Assembly (NCBI GenBank): GCA_038745945.1
Contig: JBCDLA010000004.1
Span: 1 to 54,528 of the forward strand
Length of the DNA: 54,528 bases
Origin: Cyanobacteria bacterium P01_H01_bin.74
GTDB taxonomy: Bacteria; Cyanobacteriota; Vampirovibrionia; Vampirovibrionales; Vampirovibrionaceae
Direction: 5' to 3'
Part shown: positions 17,768 to 29,116 of the stretch, piece by piece
Numbering within the stretch: position 1 is the stretch's first letter
Layout: each line of letters begins with the position of its first letter
Program-made: the position numbers and the translations under genes
The notes under the pieces: generated by a model
The model's input: the letters and a program-made list of their open reading frames with translations, nothing else
What the model was told of the DNA's origin: nothing
Database searches by the model: none

Positions 17768-20506
17768 TTATTTTGAATGGGCTTCACTTTGTTTGGGTTT
17801 TAGATACCGCGAGAAGATGATTCCTTCATTTTGGCTTTCTGTGTCATCCACAATAACCTGAATGGTGTCACCCTCTTTAAAATCCTGGCGAAGCAACTTG
17901 TTGGCCAAGGGGTTTTCAATATACTGACGAATAACCCGCTTCAGGGGTCTGGCACCATAAACCGGCTGATACCCCAGCATGCCCAGCTTTTCTTTGGCTT
18001 CTTCTGACAGCATTAATGTGATACGGCGATCGCTCAGGCGGGCTTGCAAGCTTGCCACCTGAATCTCAACAATTTGCCGCAACTGCTGCAATCCCAAAGG
18101 CTCAAAAAATACAATGTCATCCAAGCGGTTAATAAATTCTGGGCGAAAGTGCTCGCGGACAGTTGTCATTACGGCTTCTTTCAGTTGTTCCTGCCCCGCA
18201 TTTGAGCTTGCATTTTGCAGGCCTGTTTTAAAGCCAGAAAGGTCATAAAGGCTTTCTTCTGAGCTTTCCGGCGTGAGAGGGCTGCTGTGCTTGCCAATCT
18301 GCCGGTTCAACTGGTGTTCTATTATCAGCTGGCTGCCCAGATTACTGGTTAAAATTACCAATGTGTTTTTAAAGTCAACTGTGCGTCCGCGGGAATCGGT
18401 TAGCCGGCCATCATCCATTAATTGCAGCAATATGTTAAACACATCCGGGTGTGCTTTTTCAACCTCATCAAATAAAACCACACTGTAAGGCTTCCGCCGA
18501 ACGGCTTCTGTTAGCTGCCCACCGGCATCATATCCAATGTAACCTGGTGGCGCCCCAATTAAGCGTGAAACTGCGTGTTTTTCCATATACTCGCTCATAT
18601 CCATTCGAATAACCGCGTTTTCATCATTAAACAGATAATCAGCAACAGCCTTGGTCAGTTCGGTTTTGCCCACGCCCGTTGGCCCAAGAAACAAAAAACT
18701 GCCAATGGGCCGCTTGGGATCTTTTAACCCGGCCCGTGCCAGCCGAATGGCTTCAGAAACCACAGTCACTGCCTGCGTTTGCCCAACAACCCGCTGATGC
18801 AATATTGCTTCCATCTGCAGTAGTTTTTGGGTTTCTTCTGCCAGCAAGTTGTTGACGGGTACCCCCGTCCAACGGCTAACCACTTGTGCAATGACAGATT
18901 CATCAATGTCTTCACGTACCACATTGCTGTCACTGATAGCCGTTTCTGCTGCTATCAGCTGTTTCTTTAACTCGGGCAGCTGGCCGTATTTTAGCTCTGC
19001 CGCCTTGGCCAGGTTGGCATTGCGTTCTGCCTGCTCAATCTGAATTTCAACGCTGGTCAATTGCGCTTTGATTTTCTGAACCGCATCAACCCCTGACTTT
19101 TCAGACTGCCACTGCGTCTTTAATGTATGTTGCTTGTCTTTTGAGATCTTCAGTTCTGTTTCCAGTTTTTGCAGGCGTTCCTGCGAGGTAGCATCGGTTT
19201 CTTTTTTGAGGGCTTCCTGTTCAATTTCAAGCTGCATCACCTGACGAGACAACTGATCCAGTGCTGTGGGCATGCTGTCTATTTCCATACGAACCTTTGA
19301 CGCCGCTTCGTCAATCAAGTCAATGGCCTTATCGGGCAAAAAGCGATCATGAATATAACGCGCAGACAGCTGAACGGCTGCGACAATGGCAGCATCTTTA
19401 ATGCGGACCCCATGATGAATCTCGTACCGGGGTTTGAGTCCGCGCAGAATACTGATGGCCTCCTCAGTGCTGGGCTCATTCACCATGACTGGCTGGAACC
19501 GGCGTTCAAGGGCAGCATCTTTTTCAATATACTGACGATACTCGCTTAAGGTGGTCGCCCCAATGCAATGCAATTCGCCACGGGCCAGCATCGGTTTTAG
19601 CAGGTTGCTGGCATCGAGGGCCCCGTCCATCGCACCTGCACCCACGACCGTGTGCAATTCATCAATAAACAGTACAACCTGACCTTCGGCAGCCTGTACT
19701 TCCTTTAAAACCGATTTTAAGCGCTCTTCAAATTCTCCGCGGTATTTGGCGCCTGCAATCAGAGCGCCCATATCCAGTGAAATGAGTTGCCTGTCTTTCA
19801 GGCCTTCCGGCACATCGCCGTTAATCATTCGAAGGGCCAGGCCTTCAACAATGGCAGTTTTTCCCACACCGGGCTCACCAATCAGAACCGGGTTGTTTTT
19901 GGTTCGCCTGCTTAACACCTGAATCACCCGCCGAATCTCTTCTTGCCTGCCGATCACCGGGTCAAGCTTGCCAGAACGAGCGACAGCTGTCAAATCACGT
20001 CCGTATTTTTTTAACGCTTCATAATTGCCTTCTGCCTGCTGCGAGCGCACAGACTGCTTGCCGCGCACATCTTTCAGAACCCCGTAAATGGCATTCTGGG
20101 TCAGTTTCTTTTGTCCCAAATAAGTACTCAGGCTGTGGGTGCTGCCCGCCATGGCCAACAACAAGTGCTCAGTGGAGACATAGGAATCTTTCAGGCGGCT
20201 GGCTTCTTCTTGGGCTACGGTGACCAACTGGGTGACTTCTGGCTTAATGAAGATATTGCCCTGTTGCAAGGCACTTACAGATGCCCGGGGGGCTTGAGCC
20301 AGCATCGTTTCGATATCGCCTCGGCATTCCTTAATCTCAAGCTTTAATGCAGAGAAGATCCTGGGGGCAATCCCGTTTTCGTCTTCCAGCAAGGCAAGCA
20401 GCAACGCTTCAACGCTGAGTTGATTTTGTTCGTAGCGCTTTAAAACAGCTTGAGCATTGATAAAAGCGTCTTGGGCTTTTTGCGTAAAACGGTCCAGATT
20501 AATCAT
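17768..20506 (-). CDS. clpB: ATP-dependent chaperone ClpB (ATG at 20506 with AAGGAGG RBS)
   Basis: Two AAA+ modules ([16 protein letters not shown]), [11 protein letters not shown], coiled-coil middle domain with AAELKYG, GARPLKR. Confidence 0.98.
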   Translation of the reverse strand: MINLDRFTQKAQDAFINAQAVLKRYEQNQLSVEALLLALLEDENGIAPRIFSALKLEIKECRGDIETMLAQAPRASVSALQQGNIFIKPEVTQLVTVAQEEASRLKDSYVSTEHLLLAMAGSTHSLSTYLGQKKLTQNAIYGVLKDVRGKQSVRSQQAEGNYEALKKYGRDLTAVARSGKLDPVIGRQEEIRRVIQVLSRRTKNNPVLIGEPGVGKTAIVEGLALRMINGDVPEGLKDRQLISLDMGALIAGAKYRGEFEERLKSVLKEVQAAEGQVVLFIDELHTVVGAGAMDGALDASNLLKPMLARGELHCIGATTLSEYRQYIEKDAALERRFQPVMVNEPSTEEAISILRGLKPRYEIHHGVRIKDAAIVAAVQLSARYIHDRFLPDKAIDLIDEAASKVRMEIDSMPTALDQLSRQVMQLEIEQEALKKETDATSQERLQKLETELKISKDKQHTLKTQWQSEKSGVDAVQKIKAQLTSVEIQIEQAERNANLAKAAELKYGQLPELKKQLIAAETAISDSNVVREDIDESVIAQVVSRWTGVPVNNLLAEETQKLLQMEAILHQRVVGQTQAVTVVSEAIRLARAGLKDPKRPIGSFLFLGPTGVGKTELTKAVADYLFNDENAVIRMDMSEYMEKHAVSRLIGAPPGYIGYDAGGQLTEAVRRKPYSVVLFDEVEKAHPDVFNILLQLMDDGRLTDSRGRTVDFKNTLVILTSNLGSQLIIEHQLNRQIGKHSSPLTPESSEESLYDLSGFKTGLQNASSNAGQEQLKEAVMTTVREHFRPEFINRLDDIVFFEPLGLQQLRQIVEIQVASLQARLSDRRITLMLSEEAKEKLGMLGYQPVYGARPLKRVIRQYIENPLANKLLRQDFKEGDTIQVIVDDTESQNEGIIFSRYLKPKQSEAHSK

Positions 20507-20829
20507 AAAACCCTCCTTACATACCTTCATTATGACATTGGTCTGCCGGTGCCCAGGATTTATTTATGATGCCTTAATATTTCAATGAGATGGTCTTAAA
20601 GCCATTTTAGTACCACTATGAAGGCCAACCCTGCTTTGTAATACTTTTTTATTTGGCTCAGATAAATTTTAAAACACGAGCACAGCGACAAAAGGACCTT
20701 GATAAAAGTAAAAGCCAGCCGTTTTATGACAGAAGGAAGCCAGAACCGCATTTTTTTTCTTTGACAGGCTTTTCCATAATTGGGTATTTTTACAATACAC
20801 AGAAGATAAGTTTTTTATTTTTTAGATGA

Positions 20830-22068
20830 ATGCTGATGACTGATATTGCGACATCCAAACACAAGCCAATGGCGCTGTGGAAGCATTTTGATTTCACACC
20901 CTACCAGAAAATGGCAATTATCCTGATAATGGGCTTTGTTATTCTGGGCATCTTCTGGTTCACTTCGCGGTATCCGCAACTGTTTGATAAATCAGCTGCA
21001 CTGGCAACTTATCAGCCACAGTCTTATATTTACACTTCAGTTTTAATTCAACCGAGTGCCGATGCCGGATTTTTAGCAAAGGTTATGGTCTCTTCAGTTA
21101 ACTGGATTTACTCAATGCGCTTTGGCATGACTTTTGGCTTGTTAATGGGGGCGTTAATGCACACCTTGTTTGCATTCTATCCGTTAAAATTAACTGCCAA
21201 TGTGATGAAAAATACCCTGAAAGGGGTTATGGCGGGAGCACCCGCTGGGGTATGTGTTAATTGTGCTGTGCCCATTGCTTGCGGTCTGACCCGCGGGAAG
21301 AGCAACGTTGAAACAGCTTTGGGCTTTATGTTTAGTTCGCCCACATTGAATTTTGTGGTTGTTTCTATGGTTTTCACCGCATTGCCGCTTCAGTACGGAA
21401 TTATTTATTATAGCTTTATTGCGTTGGTTTTGCTGGGCTTTGTGCCGATGATTGCCCGATTTTCTAAAAAACAGTTGCCTAAAAAAGAATTGCCTGATAA
21501 CGGCACCTCTCATAAATTTCCGACTTCAGAACCCGTACTTGGCACCCCCAACGGTGAAGCCCATTTAACGGCCAGCAAGCTTGAAGCGGTTGTCGCGATC
21601 CCTTCTTCGACTGCAAGTGAAGTTTGCAGCATCACTGCTTTGCCGCCAGCAGAGCCCTGGCGAGAGAGCCTGCAGCAGGTTGCAATTGCTTACAGCAAGC
21701 ACCTGTGGTCACTCATTCAGTCAGCAGTGCCAATGATGCTGTTGGCCAGTGTTTTAAGTGCTGTTGTGATGGAACTCATTCCGTTTCAGTTGCTGCTTAA
21801 ACAGGCAAGTCTTCTGGGCATTTTGGCCACCGCAATGGTAACCGTCTTGTTGCCTGTGCCCATTGCAATGGAAGTGATGGTGGCCCATCATTTGTATGTT
21901 TCTCAGGTGCCAGCACCATTTGTGATATTGTTTTTAATGACCTTAGGTTCTTACAGCATTTTGCCTATGATTTACCTTAGCCAAGAAGTTTCTAAACGCC
22001 TTGCTTTTTTGCTTTACGGTCTATTCGTTTTGCTGGGCTCTCTTTCGGCCTGGCTCATCACGCTTTAA
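20830..22068 (+). CDS. Predicted permease (ArsP/DUF318-like)
   Basis: Multiple TM helices; PAGVCVNCAVPIA and FMFSSPTLN motifs. Confidence 0.7.
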   Translation: MLMTDIATSKHKPMALWKHFDFTPYQKMAIILIMGFVILGIFWFTSRYPQLFDKSAALATYQPQSYIYTSVLIQPSADAGFLAKVMVSSVNWIYSMRFGMTFGLLMGALMHTLFAFYPLKLTANVMKNTLKGVMAGAPAGVCVNCAVPIACGLTRGKSNVETALGFMFSSPTLNFVVVSMVFTALPLQYGIIYYSFIALVLLGFVPMIARFSKKQLPKKELPDNGTSHKFPTSEPVLGTPNGEAHLTASKLEAVVAIPSSTASEVCSITALPPAEPWRESLQQVAIAYSKHLWSLIQSAVPMMLLASVLSAVVMELIPFQLLLKQASLLGILATAMVTVLLPVPIAMEVMVAHHLYVSQVPAPFVILFLMTLGSYSILPMIYLSQEVSKRLAFLLYGLFVLLGSLSAWLITL

Positions 22069-22139
22069 TATTTAGTTTTTTATCACCCCAATGATGATGT
22101 TACTGACCATCATACAACCATTAGAAATGATTATATTCA

Positions 22140-22640
22140 ATGCTTAATACTCCTATTGCGACCAGCTTCATGGGTTACAGAAATAGCACTGGGAATCCAT
22201 ATCAGCAGAAATTTAGCGGTAATCAAAACGACTCTGAGCCCACCACTGTAAAATCTTCCCTTAGTTTTAATGATGATCAAGATAGGAACGTTATAACCCA
22301 ACAGCCACAACGACCAAATACAGTAACAAGACTCCCTCATAACAAAAAAATAAGCCCTGACACACAAAAAATACCCTTAAATTATATAATATATGAAAAC
22401 CCTTTAATAGCTGGAAATAATGAGGCGTTTTATCCAATATCTAATTATGCAAATAAAGATAGCGAATTAATTGCTAGATTATTTCCTAATGCTAATTTTA
22501 AGAAGCTTATACTCTATAAAAAACCAACAGATAACCCTTCAGAAACTGTGGCGTCACTATCAAAAAAGAGACTGAGTCAGTCAAAATACTGCCCTTCCAG
22601 TAATTTTTTCAGCTGTTTTCCAAAAAAAGATAAGCCCTGA
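22140..22640 (+). CDS. AT-rich orphan protein; stop lies inside a tandem duplication
   Basis: 166-aa ORF, N/S/K-rich, N-terminal SFMG and KFSG motifs; no recognisable family. Confidence 0.5.
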   Translation: MLNTPIATSFMGYRNSTGNPYQQKFSGNQNDSEPTTVKSSLSFNDDQDRNVITQQPQRPNTVTRLPHNKKISPDTQKIPLNYIIYENPLIAGNNEAFYPISNYANKDSELIARLFPNANFKKLILYKKPTDNPSETVASLSKKRLSQSKYCPSSNFFSCFPKKDKP

Positions 22641-22846
22641 CACACAAAAAATACCCTTAAATTATATAATATATGAAAACCCTTTAATAGCTGGAAATAA
22701 TGAGGCGTTTTATCCAATATCTGATGATGTAAAAAAAGATAGCGAATTAATTGCTAGATTATTTCCTTCAGAAACTGTGGCGTCACTATCAAAAAAGAAA
22801 CCAAGCCAGTCATGCCCTTACATCGAAGATTTCAGCTGTTTTCCAA
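22351..22846 (+). repeat. Tandem duplication, copies offset by 280 bp
   Basis: 22351-22442 is identical to 22631-22722; similarity continues with 4 substitutions, a 51-bp deletion in copy 2 and a shared end TTCAGCTGTTTTCCAA. Confidence 0.95.
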
Positions 22847-24028
22847 TATCTTCCTGCCTATAACCAGTCGCTGAATTTCTGAGGTGCCCTCACCAATCTC
22901 GCAAAGTTTGGCGTCCCGCAAATATCGCTCTACAGGAAAATCCTTGGTATACCCGTACCCCCCATGAATCTGAATAGCCGCATTGGCAGCCCGTGACGCC
23001 ACTTCTGAGGCAAACAATTTGGCCATTGAGGCTTCTTTGGTAAAAGCATGACCAGCCATTTTTAACCGGGCAGCGTTATAGACCAGCAAACGGGCTGCTT
23101 CAATATCGGTTGCCATGTTGGCCAGCATAAATTGGATGGCCTGAAAATTTGCAATGGATTGGCCAAACTGATGCCGCTCTTTGGCATACTGCAAGGCTTT
23201 ATTCAAGGCCCCTTGTGCAATGCCTACTGCCAATGCTCCAATCGAAATGCGCCCATTGTCTAACGTTTGCATAAAGTACGTAAACCCTTTTCCCGCTTCT
23301 CCAATCCGGTTTGCAACAGGCACCTTCACATTGTCAAACTGAAGCGTGCCCCAATCAGAGCCGCGCATGCCCAGTTTTTCATCTTTGCTGCCCAGCGAAA
23401 AGCCGGCCATGGTTTTTTCCAGAATAAATGCAGAAATGCCTTTTGTCCCAATGCCAGGCGCAGTGACGGCAGTGGCAATAAAAACAGAGGCATAATTGGC
23501 ATTGGTAATAAAAATTTTATTGCCGTTTAAGACATAACAATCGTCTTTCAGAACAGCTGTGGTTTCTGTACCGCCCGCATCACTACCGGCATTGGGCTCA
23601 GTCAAGCCGTAAGCCCCCAATTCCCCGGACGTTAATCGGGGCAAATAGGCCTGTTTTTGGGCTTCTGAGCCAAACAGGTAAATGGGCAGGCAAATTAGAG
23701 AGGTATGGGCAGCCAGACCCAATGCCGTTGATGCACAAACGGTGGCCAGTTCTTCTATAGCAATGGCGTAACTCAGGTAATCGGCATCACCGCCGCCGTA
23801 TTGGGCTGGAATGGGTAAGCCCATTAAACCCATTTCAGCCATTTCAGCAAAGGTTTCTTCCGGGAAACGGCTGTTTTTATCAATTTCAGCAGCCCGTGGT
23901 TCAACCGTTGATTTGGCATAATCACGCACCATGTCTCTAATCAGCCGTTGCTCTTCGGACAATCCCCATTTGCTTTCTTTAAACAGTCCAGTGAGATCGT
24001 GTTCTGTTGGGTTCAGCTCTTTATTCAT
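22832..24028 (-). CDS. Acyl-CoA dehydrogenase (short/branched-chain type)
   Basis: GAYGLTEPNAGSDA, LNGNKIFITN, KLGMRGS, RHQFGQSI, IQIHGGYGY, IGEGTSEIQRLVI. Confidence 0.96.
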   Translation of the reverse strand: MNKELNPTEHDLTGLFKESKWGLSEEQRLIRDMVRDYAKSTVEPRAAEIDKNSRFPEETFAEMAEMGLMGLPIPAQYGGGDADYLSYAIAIEELATVCASTALGLAAHTSLICLPIYLFGSEAQKQAYLPRLTSGELGAYGLTEPNAGSDAGGTETTAVLKDDCYVLNGNKIFITNANYASVFIATAVTAPGIGTKGISAFILEKTMAGFSLGSKDEKLGMRGSDWGTLQFDNVKVPVANRIGEAGKGFTYFMQTLDNGRISIGALAVGIAQGALNKALQYAKERHQFGQSIANFQAIQFMLANMATDIEAARLLVYNAARLKMAGHAFTKEASMAKLFASEVASRAANAAIQIHGGYGYTKDFPVERYLRDAKLCEIGEGTSEIQRLVIGRKILENS

Positions 24029-24167
24029 AGCAGCACTCCTTCCGATGAATTGATAACGTTCGGTTGAATTGGCTTAGTCGGTTTTAGCCAGTGGGCTTTA
24101 GTTAATGGGAATGTACCAGGTGGCTTTAAAAAAATTGGGCAAAGCCAGTAGTCCCGTTTCAGGGAAC

Positions 24168-25607
24168 TTACTTTTTCATCTGCTGAACGTATTGCAGGTT
24201 GCTGATTGCCTTGTGGTGATTCTGGTTAACCGAAATGGCTTTCTGGTACATGGCTTCAGCATCTTTAAACTTCTTTTTACTTTCGAATGCTACACCAAGG
24301 TTGTAGTAGCCGTCTGAAAATGCAGGGTCCTCAGCAATTACCAGTTTAAAGTATTCGATGGCCTTGTCAATTTCACCTTCAATGGCACGCAACGTTCCGA
24401 TGGCAAAATTGGCTTTTGGGTTTTTGGGGTTTATTTTCAAAATTCGATTGAACAACTCTTCAGCATCTTTCAATTCGCCTGCTTCATCTTTGATAACCGC
24501 CATTTCGTAGTAACTGTCTTCGTCTTCAGGCTTAATGCTGGTTGCATTTTCAAAATTTTTGTAAGCTTTGTCTTTGTTATCGAGTTTTAATTCGGTTTTG
24601 CCCAGGTTGTAAAAAATATCCGCATTTTTTTTATCAAAGCTTAAGGCATTGTTGTAGTACATCATGGCCTGTTTGTAATCTTTGAGTTCATAACACTCAA
24701 CCCCAAGATTGCAATAGCAAGCTGCAATTTTCTGATTAATTTCATCCACAAATTTAGAATCTGCCCCACCCTGCTTTTGTTTTTGCAGACTCTTTTTAAA
24801 ATATTCAGCAGCCTTTAAGTACTGTTGGTTTGCATAGTACAATTCCGCAATGCGGTCAGAGTAATCCAGTTGCAGTGCGGGGTCACCATAAACCAGATCA
24901 CAATATGCAGCCAGAGCTTCCTGAATGTTTCCGTGCTGATAGTATAAATTGGCAATAAAATCCGGTGCCATCGATGAATCAACATCCATTAAAACTTCTG
25001 CATAAGGGATAACATCGTCAATACGGTTTTCCTTAAGCAGCAATTTTATTTTCACATGCAATGCACTGGGCATTTCAGGTTCTTGATCAAGCAGTTCATC
25101 AATATACTGGTGGGCTTCAGTGAGTGCATTTTGTATTTCGGCGATTTTAACCCGTTCCAGTTGAGCCGCATGCAGTTTGGGATTAATCTCTATGGCTTTC
25201 TTAAAAGCCTGGCTAGCCAATGATAAGTTTTCCTTCTGCAATAGCACTTGTCCAATCTTAAAATGAACCGATGCCTCTCTAGGCTGAAGGGTTAGTGCCT
25301 CCTCATAGCTTTTCAAGGCATCATTTAATTTATAGGTGGTAAGAGCGGTATCGCCTTGCTGAACCAATGTTTGAAAGTCTGGCGCCTTAGTTTCATTGTC
25401 AAGTGTCAGGGTCTCTTCATCATACCTTTCGTTGTCATCAGCAGAGTGTCTGGCTTTTTTTAAAGATTTCCCGTTGGACTCAAAAAAATTGCCTGATGAA
25501 AACAAGCTTCTTGCATTTTTTCCGACAAAAAAAATACCTGCAAATGCCAAACCAATACCAGCAGCCAAAACAGCCAGCATTTCAGTTGTATTTGAAGTCA
25601 TTGCCAT
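24168..25607 (-). CDS. Membrane-anchored TPR-repeat protein
   Basis: N-terminal TM helix; many TPR units (YCNLG, FYNLGK, YYNLGVAF). Confidence 0.9.
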   Translation of the reverse strand: MAMTSNTTEMLAVLAAGIGLAFAGIFFVGKNARSLFSSGNFFESNGKSLKKARHSADDNERYDEETLTLDNETKAPDFQTLVQQGDTALTTYKLNDALKSYEEALTLQPREASVHFKIGQVLLQKENLSLASQAFKKAIEINPKLHAAQLERVKIAEIQNALTEAHQYIDELLDQEPEMPSALHVKIKLLLKENRIDDVIPYAEVLMDVDSSMAPDFIANLYYQHGNIQEALAAYCDLVYGDPALQLDYSDRIAELYYANQQYLKAAEYFKKSLQKQKQGGADSKFVDEINQKIAACYCNLGVECYELKDYKQAMMYYNNALSFDKKNADIFYNLGKTELKLDNKDKAYKNFENATSIKPEDEDSYYEMAVIKDEAGELKDAEELFNRILKINPKNPKANFAIGTLRAIEGEIDKAIEYFKLVIAEDPAFSDGYYNLGVAFESKKKFKDAEAMYQKAISVNQNHHKAISNLQYVQQMKK

Positions 25608-25864
25608 GCTTGTACTGACCTACTCAAGACAGTTAACAGTATTTTGGGGGATTAAAATTTGCCCAGCTTGATTAAAGATGTATAAATGACTAAAGATATA
25701 TAAATTATAACATAGCAGCACGTATTGGCACCAAACTGACACAGCTGCTGCTATATTTAGTGTACTCTTTTTCTGACGCAACATACCGGTTGCGCAAGAA
25801 AAAGTCCTGCACTTGCTGGACTGTCAAGTAGTACTGACCGATTACCACCCTTGCCTGTTTTTTT

Positions 25865-27154
25865 ATGCCAATGCGAATTCTGATAACCCGCCTGAGTGCC
25901 CATGGCGATATTATTCATACACTGCCCCTGATTCGGGCATTGAAAGCAGCTGACCCGGCTGTCTTTATTGGCTGGTTTGTGTCAGCCTCGGGGGTAGGCT
26001 TGCTGGAAAACCATCCGGATATTGACAGACTGCATGTCAGTCATCAGAAAACCTGGCTGAAAGCAATCAAGCCGCTTGAATCCAATAAATCCCTGAAAAC
26101 CTACTGGCATAATATTAACAGTGCAAAACAGGCTTTTCAGCAATTGCTAACAGAGATTAAACAAGAAGATTACACGCACAGCATTGATGTGCAAGGCCTC
26201 TTAAAAAGTGCTTTTTGGCCGTACCTGGCAAAAATCCGGGTTCGTTATGGATTTAAAAACACCCGAGAAGGGGCCAGTTTTTTTTACACCCACTGCGTCC
26301 CGCCTATGGTTTTAACCGATTCTGCCCACCATGTGACAACACGGTATCTGGATTTTGTAAAAGCATTGGGGTTTTCAGGCCAGCTTGCTGTGAATTACCG
26401 CTTGCCCAATGCTTTTGATAAAAAAAATATCAATGAAACGCTACCCTTACCTGCAGTATGGCGTCATCAGCAACGTGAGAATAAACGGGCAATTGTTGTA
26501 ATAGCCCCGTTTACCCAATGGCAAAGCAAGCGCTGGCCCTTAACACACTGGCAAGAACTCATTGCATTAATTTTAACCCCCACTAACACTTCAAACCCTA
26601 GCGCTGGTCACAGTAAAAACAATCCCAAGCAATACCCTGTAGGGCTTGTTCTCATTGGTGGACCAGAAAACCACGATGACGCCCATCAGCTGTGCAATGC
26701 TTTAAGAGACTATTCAGACCAGATTTGTAACCTGGTGGGAAAAACAAAGTGGCCGGACTTGTATGCCATTATGCGCAATGCAGATATTGTTGTTGGTGCA
26801 GACAGTGCACCGCTGCATATTGCCGATGCCTGCGCCCAGGCCGCTGAATCAGAAACAGCCACCAGCCGGATACCAAAAGGCAGCAATACGTCTGATCCAA
26901 GCCTGAGTGGTCCTATGGCGCCAAATACACCAAATACCCAGAATTCACGCAATAAACCCATTGTGATTGGAATTTACGGGCCCACTGCCCCAGGACGAAC
27001 AGGCCCCATTAGTCAAAATTCCCAGACAGTTTCAACCCAGCTGCCTTGTCAGCCGTGTTTTAAAAAACACTGTCCCATTCAAACCCACAACTGTATGATT
27101 GACTTGACCCCCAGGCAGGTTGAAGCCGCCGTAAACGCACATTTGATGCTGTGA
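25865..27154 (+). CDS. Glycosyltransferase family 9 (LPS heptosyltransferase, WaaC/WaaF-like)
   Basis: RILITRLSAHGDIIHTLP, IDVQGLLKSA, KRWP, DSAPLHIA, IYGPT, LPCQPC. Confidence 0.92.
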   Translation: MPMRILITRLSAHGDIIHTLPLIRALKAADPAVFIGWFVSASGVGLLENHPDIDRLHVSHQKTWLKAIKPLESNKSLKTYWHNINSAKQAFQQLLTEIKQEDYTHSIDVQGLLKSAFWPYLAKIRVRYGFKNTREGASFFYTHCVPPMVLTDSAHHVTTRYLDFVKALGFSGQLAVNYRLPNAFDKKNINETLPLPAVWRHQQRENKRAIVVIAPFTQWQSKRWPLTHWQELIALILTPTNTSNPSAGHSKNNPKQYPVGLVLIGGPENHDDAHQLCNALRDYSDQICNLVGKTKWPDLYAIMRNADIVVGADSAPLHIADACAQAAESETATSRIPKGSNTSDPSLSGPMAPNTPNTQNSRNKPIVIGIYGPTAPGRTGPISQNSQTVSTQLPCQPCFKKHCPIQTHNCMIDLTPRQVEAAVNAHLML

Positions 27155-27194
27155 GTTTTTGCGCCTGAAAAGCTTTTAAAGTTTTAAAAAAACA

Positions 27195-28439
27195 ATGCAA
27201 GAAAAGAAACAGCCCCCAAAAAATATTCTCATGATTCGCTTTGGCGCTTTGGGCGATATCATTCATGCCATGGCCACTGCGCAATTTCTGAAATCTGAAA
27301 TGCCCAATGTTACCCTGCATTGGCTTTGCCATCCGACTTATGCCGAATTTATCCGGCTGGGCTTCTCTCACTGTATTGATCATGTCTGGTCATGGCCCAA
27401 AAATGCCCCTTTTCAGCAAACCGTAAAGCTTGTAAATACCCTCAGAGAATTGAAGTTCGACGGTATCCTGAACTTGCACCCTTCAGTTAAAACCCGAGTG
27501 TTTATTCTCTTTTTACGCAAGCAAACCGTGTGCACATACCGAAAAGAAAAAATCAGGGGTAAAGGCTTTCAGCAACGGAAGATAAAACGCGCACATGCCA
27601 TCGATAACTTTTTTCAACCAGCCAGCCATTTGATTCAGGCCCTTAACAGTCAGCAGATCATTGCACAGAAAATTATTAAGCCCGCCTCTCTTAACCGCAA
27701 TCAGCTGAAACAGCAGGCCTTGCCTGCAGCCTTGTTATCCCAGCTGGAAGATTTGAAAGGCAAATCCAGTCAGATCATTGGCATTATTCCTGGGGTGGGC
27801 AGCAAACGCGCCAATCGCGCATGGATGCCCAGCAATTACGCAAGACTCATTGAAAAATTGCTGGCTTCCCCCAATAAATCCACCAGTAATAAACCCGTCA
27901 GTAATATGCCCATTGGACCCACAGGCATTGTTCTTTTTGGCGGGCCTGATGAAATCGCATTGTCGCAGGCTATAATTGACACGCTTGACAATCGCTGCCG
28001 ATCATTCCTGGTGAACACCACAGGTCAGCTCACCTTGCTGCAAACGGCTGCGGCCATGCAGTATTGCAGACTGATTATAGGGGGAGACACTGGACCTGCC
28101 CATTTGGCCAGTGCTGCAGGACTGCCCGTTCTGGGTTTGTATGGCCCTACTTCGGTTGAAAGAACAGGGGTCTCAAAACCGCTGGAACCAAGCCTGGTAT
28201 TGCCTCAAAATGCACACCCGGATTTGAAAGAAGATGATTCAACAGCCCTTGAAAGGCTTACTGAACATTTTACACCGCCAGAGGCATTGGACTGCTGGCC
28301 TTGTGAGCTGCCCCACTGCCCCTATACTGATATACGGTTTATGGCATGCATGAAAGAGATTTCTGTTGAGGCGGTTTATCAGAAAATACTGATAGTTTTG
28401 ATTCTTTTTTCTTTTTCTTTTCTTTTTTCTTTTGCTTAA
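27195..28439 (+). CDS. Glycosyltransferase family 9 (LPS heptosyltransferase-like)
   Basis: ILMIRFGALGDII, GGDTGPAHLASA, LYGPT, LDCWPC...C...CM. Confidence 0.92.
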   Translation: MQEKKQPPKNILMIRFGALGDIIHAMATAQFLKSEMPNVTLHWLCHPTYAEFIRLGFSHCIDHVWSWPKNAPFQQTVKLVNTLRELKFDGILNLHPSVKTRVFILFLRKQTVCTYRKEKIRGKGFQQRKIKRAHAIDNFFQPASHLIQALNSQQIIAQKIIKPASLNRNQLKQQALPAALLSQLEDLKGKSSQIIGIIPGVGSKRANRAWMPSNYARLIEKLLASPNKSTSNKPVSNMPIGPTGIVLFGGPDEIALSQAIIDTLDNRCRSFLVNTTGQLTLLQTAAAMQYCRLIIGGDTGPAHLASAAGLPVLGLYGPTSVERTGVSKPLEPSLVLPQNAHPDLKEDDSTALERLTEHFTPPEALDCWPCELPHCPYTDIRFMACMKEISVEAVYQKILIVLILFSFSFLFSFA

Positions 28440-28515
28440 TCGCCTTTTTAACAAATTTCTTTTATACTGTTTTCTTTTCTATGAAACGGTTTGATTCAAC
28501 ACAGGAGCATGACTC

Positions 28516-29067
28516 ATGCCTGATGCAGACATCCCAAACACGTTAACAAGCGATTCTTTGCAAACAGGCAAGCGCAAGCCAGTGGTTTCTCTGATTATGG
28601 GCAGCCAATCCGACTGGCCGACGATGATGCATGCCCATGAGATTCTCAGTGAATTTGATATTGCCCACGAGAGTCTGGTTGTCTCTGCGCACCGGACCCC
28701 ACGCTGGTTGGCTGAATTTGCCTCTCATGCAGAAGAACGATCGTTAAAGGCCATCATTGCGGGTGCCGGTGGGGCTGCCCATTTGCCCGGTATGGTTGCA
28801 GCGCAGACCACGGTCCCTGTTTTTGCGGTACCCATTCAAAGTCAGGCGTTAAATGGCATAGACTCTTTGTTGTCGATTGTCCAGATGCCTGCTGGGATTC
28901 CTGTGGGAACGCTTGCGATTGGCAAGCCAGGTGCAATCAACGCCGCCTTGCTGGCCATTGCCGTGATTGCCCTGACCGATGAGGCAGTTAGAAAAAATCT
29001 GATTGATTACCGCCAGCGTCAAACAGAGTCGATTATCCAGAACCGTTCAATTGAAGGGCTAATCTAG
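28516..29067 (+). CDS. purE: N5-CAIR mutase
   Basis: [36 protein letters not shown]. Confidence 0.99.
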   Translation: MPDADIPNTLTSDSLQTGKRKPVVSLIMGSQSDWPTMMHAHEILSEFDIAHESLVVSAHRTPRWLAEFASHAEERSLKAIIAGAGGAAHLPGMVAAQTTVPVFAVPIQSQALNGIDSLLSIVQMPAGIPVGTLAIGKPGAINAALLAIAVIALTDEAVRKNLIDYRQRQTESIIQNRSIEGLI

Positions 29068-29116
29068 TTACTGTTGATTTAGTTCGTGACCATTTGGCAC
29101 AACGTATTGTCCACCT

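Noticed and set aside
20530-20830. CIRCE (HrcA) or CtsR operator upstream of clpB
   Set aside because: No TTAGCACTC-N9-GAGTGCTAA or GTCAAA direct repeat found
22351-22846. Diversity-generating retroelement TR/VR pair
   Set aside because: Differences are not adenine-specific (A/G, T/G, C/T, T/A), they include a 51-bp deletion, and there is no reverse transcriptase in the window
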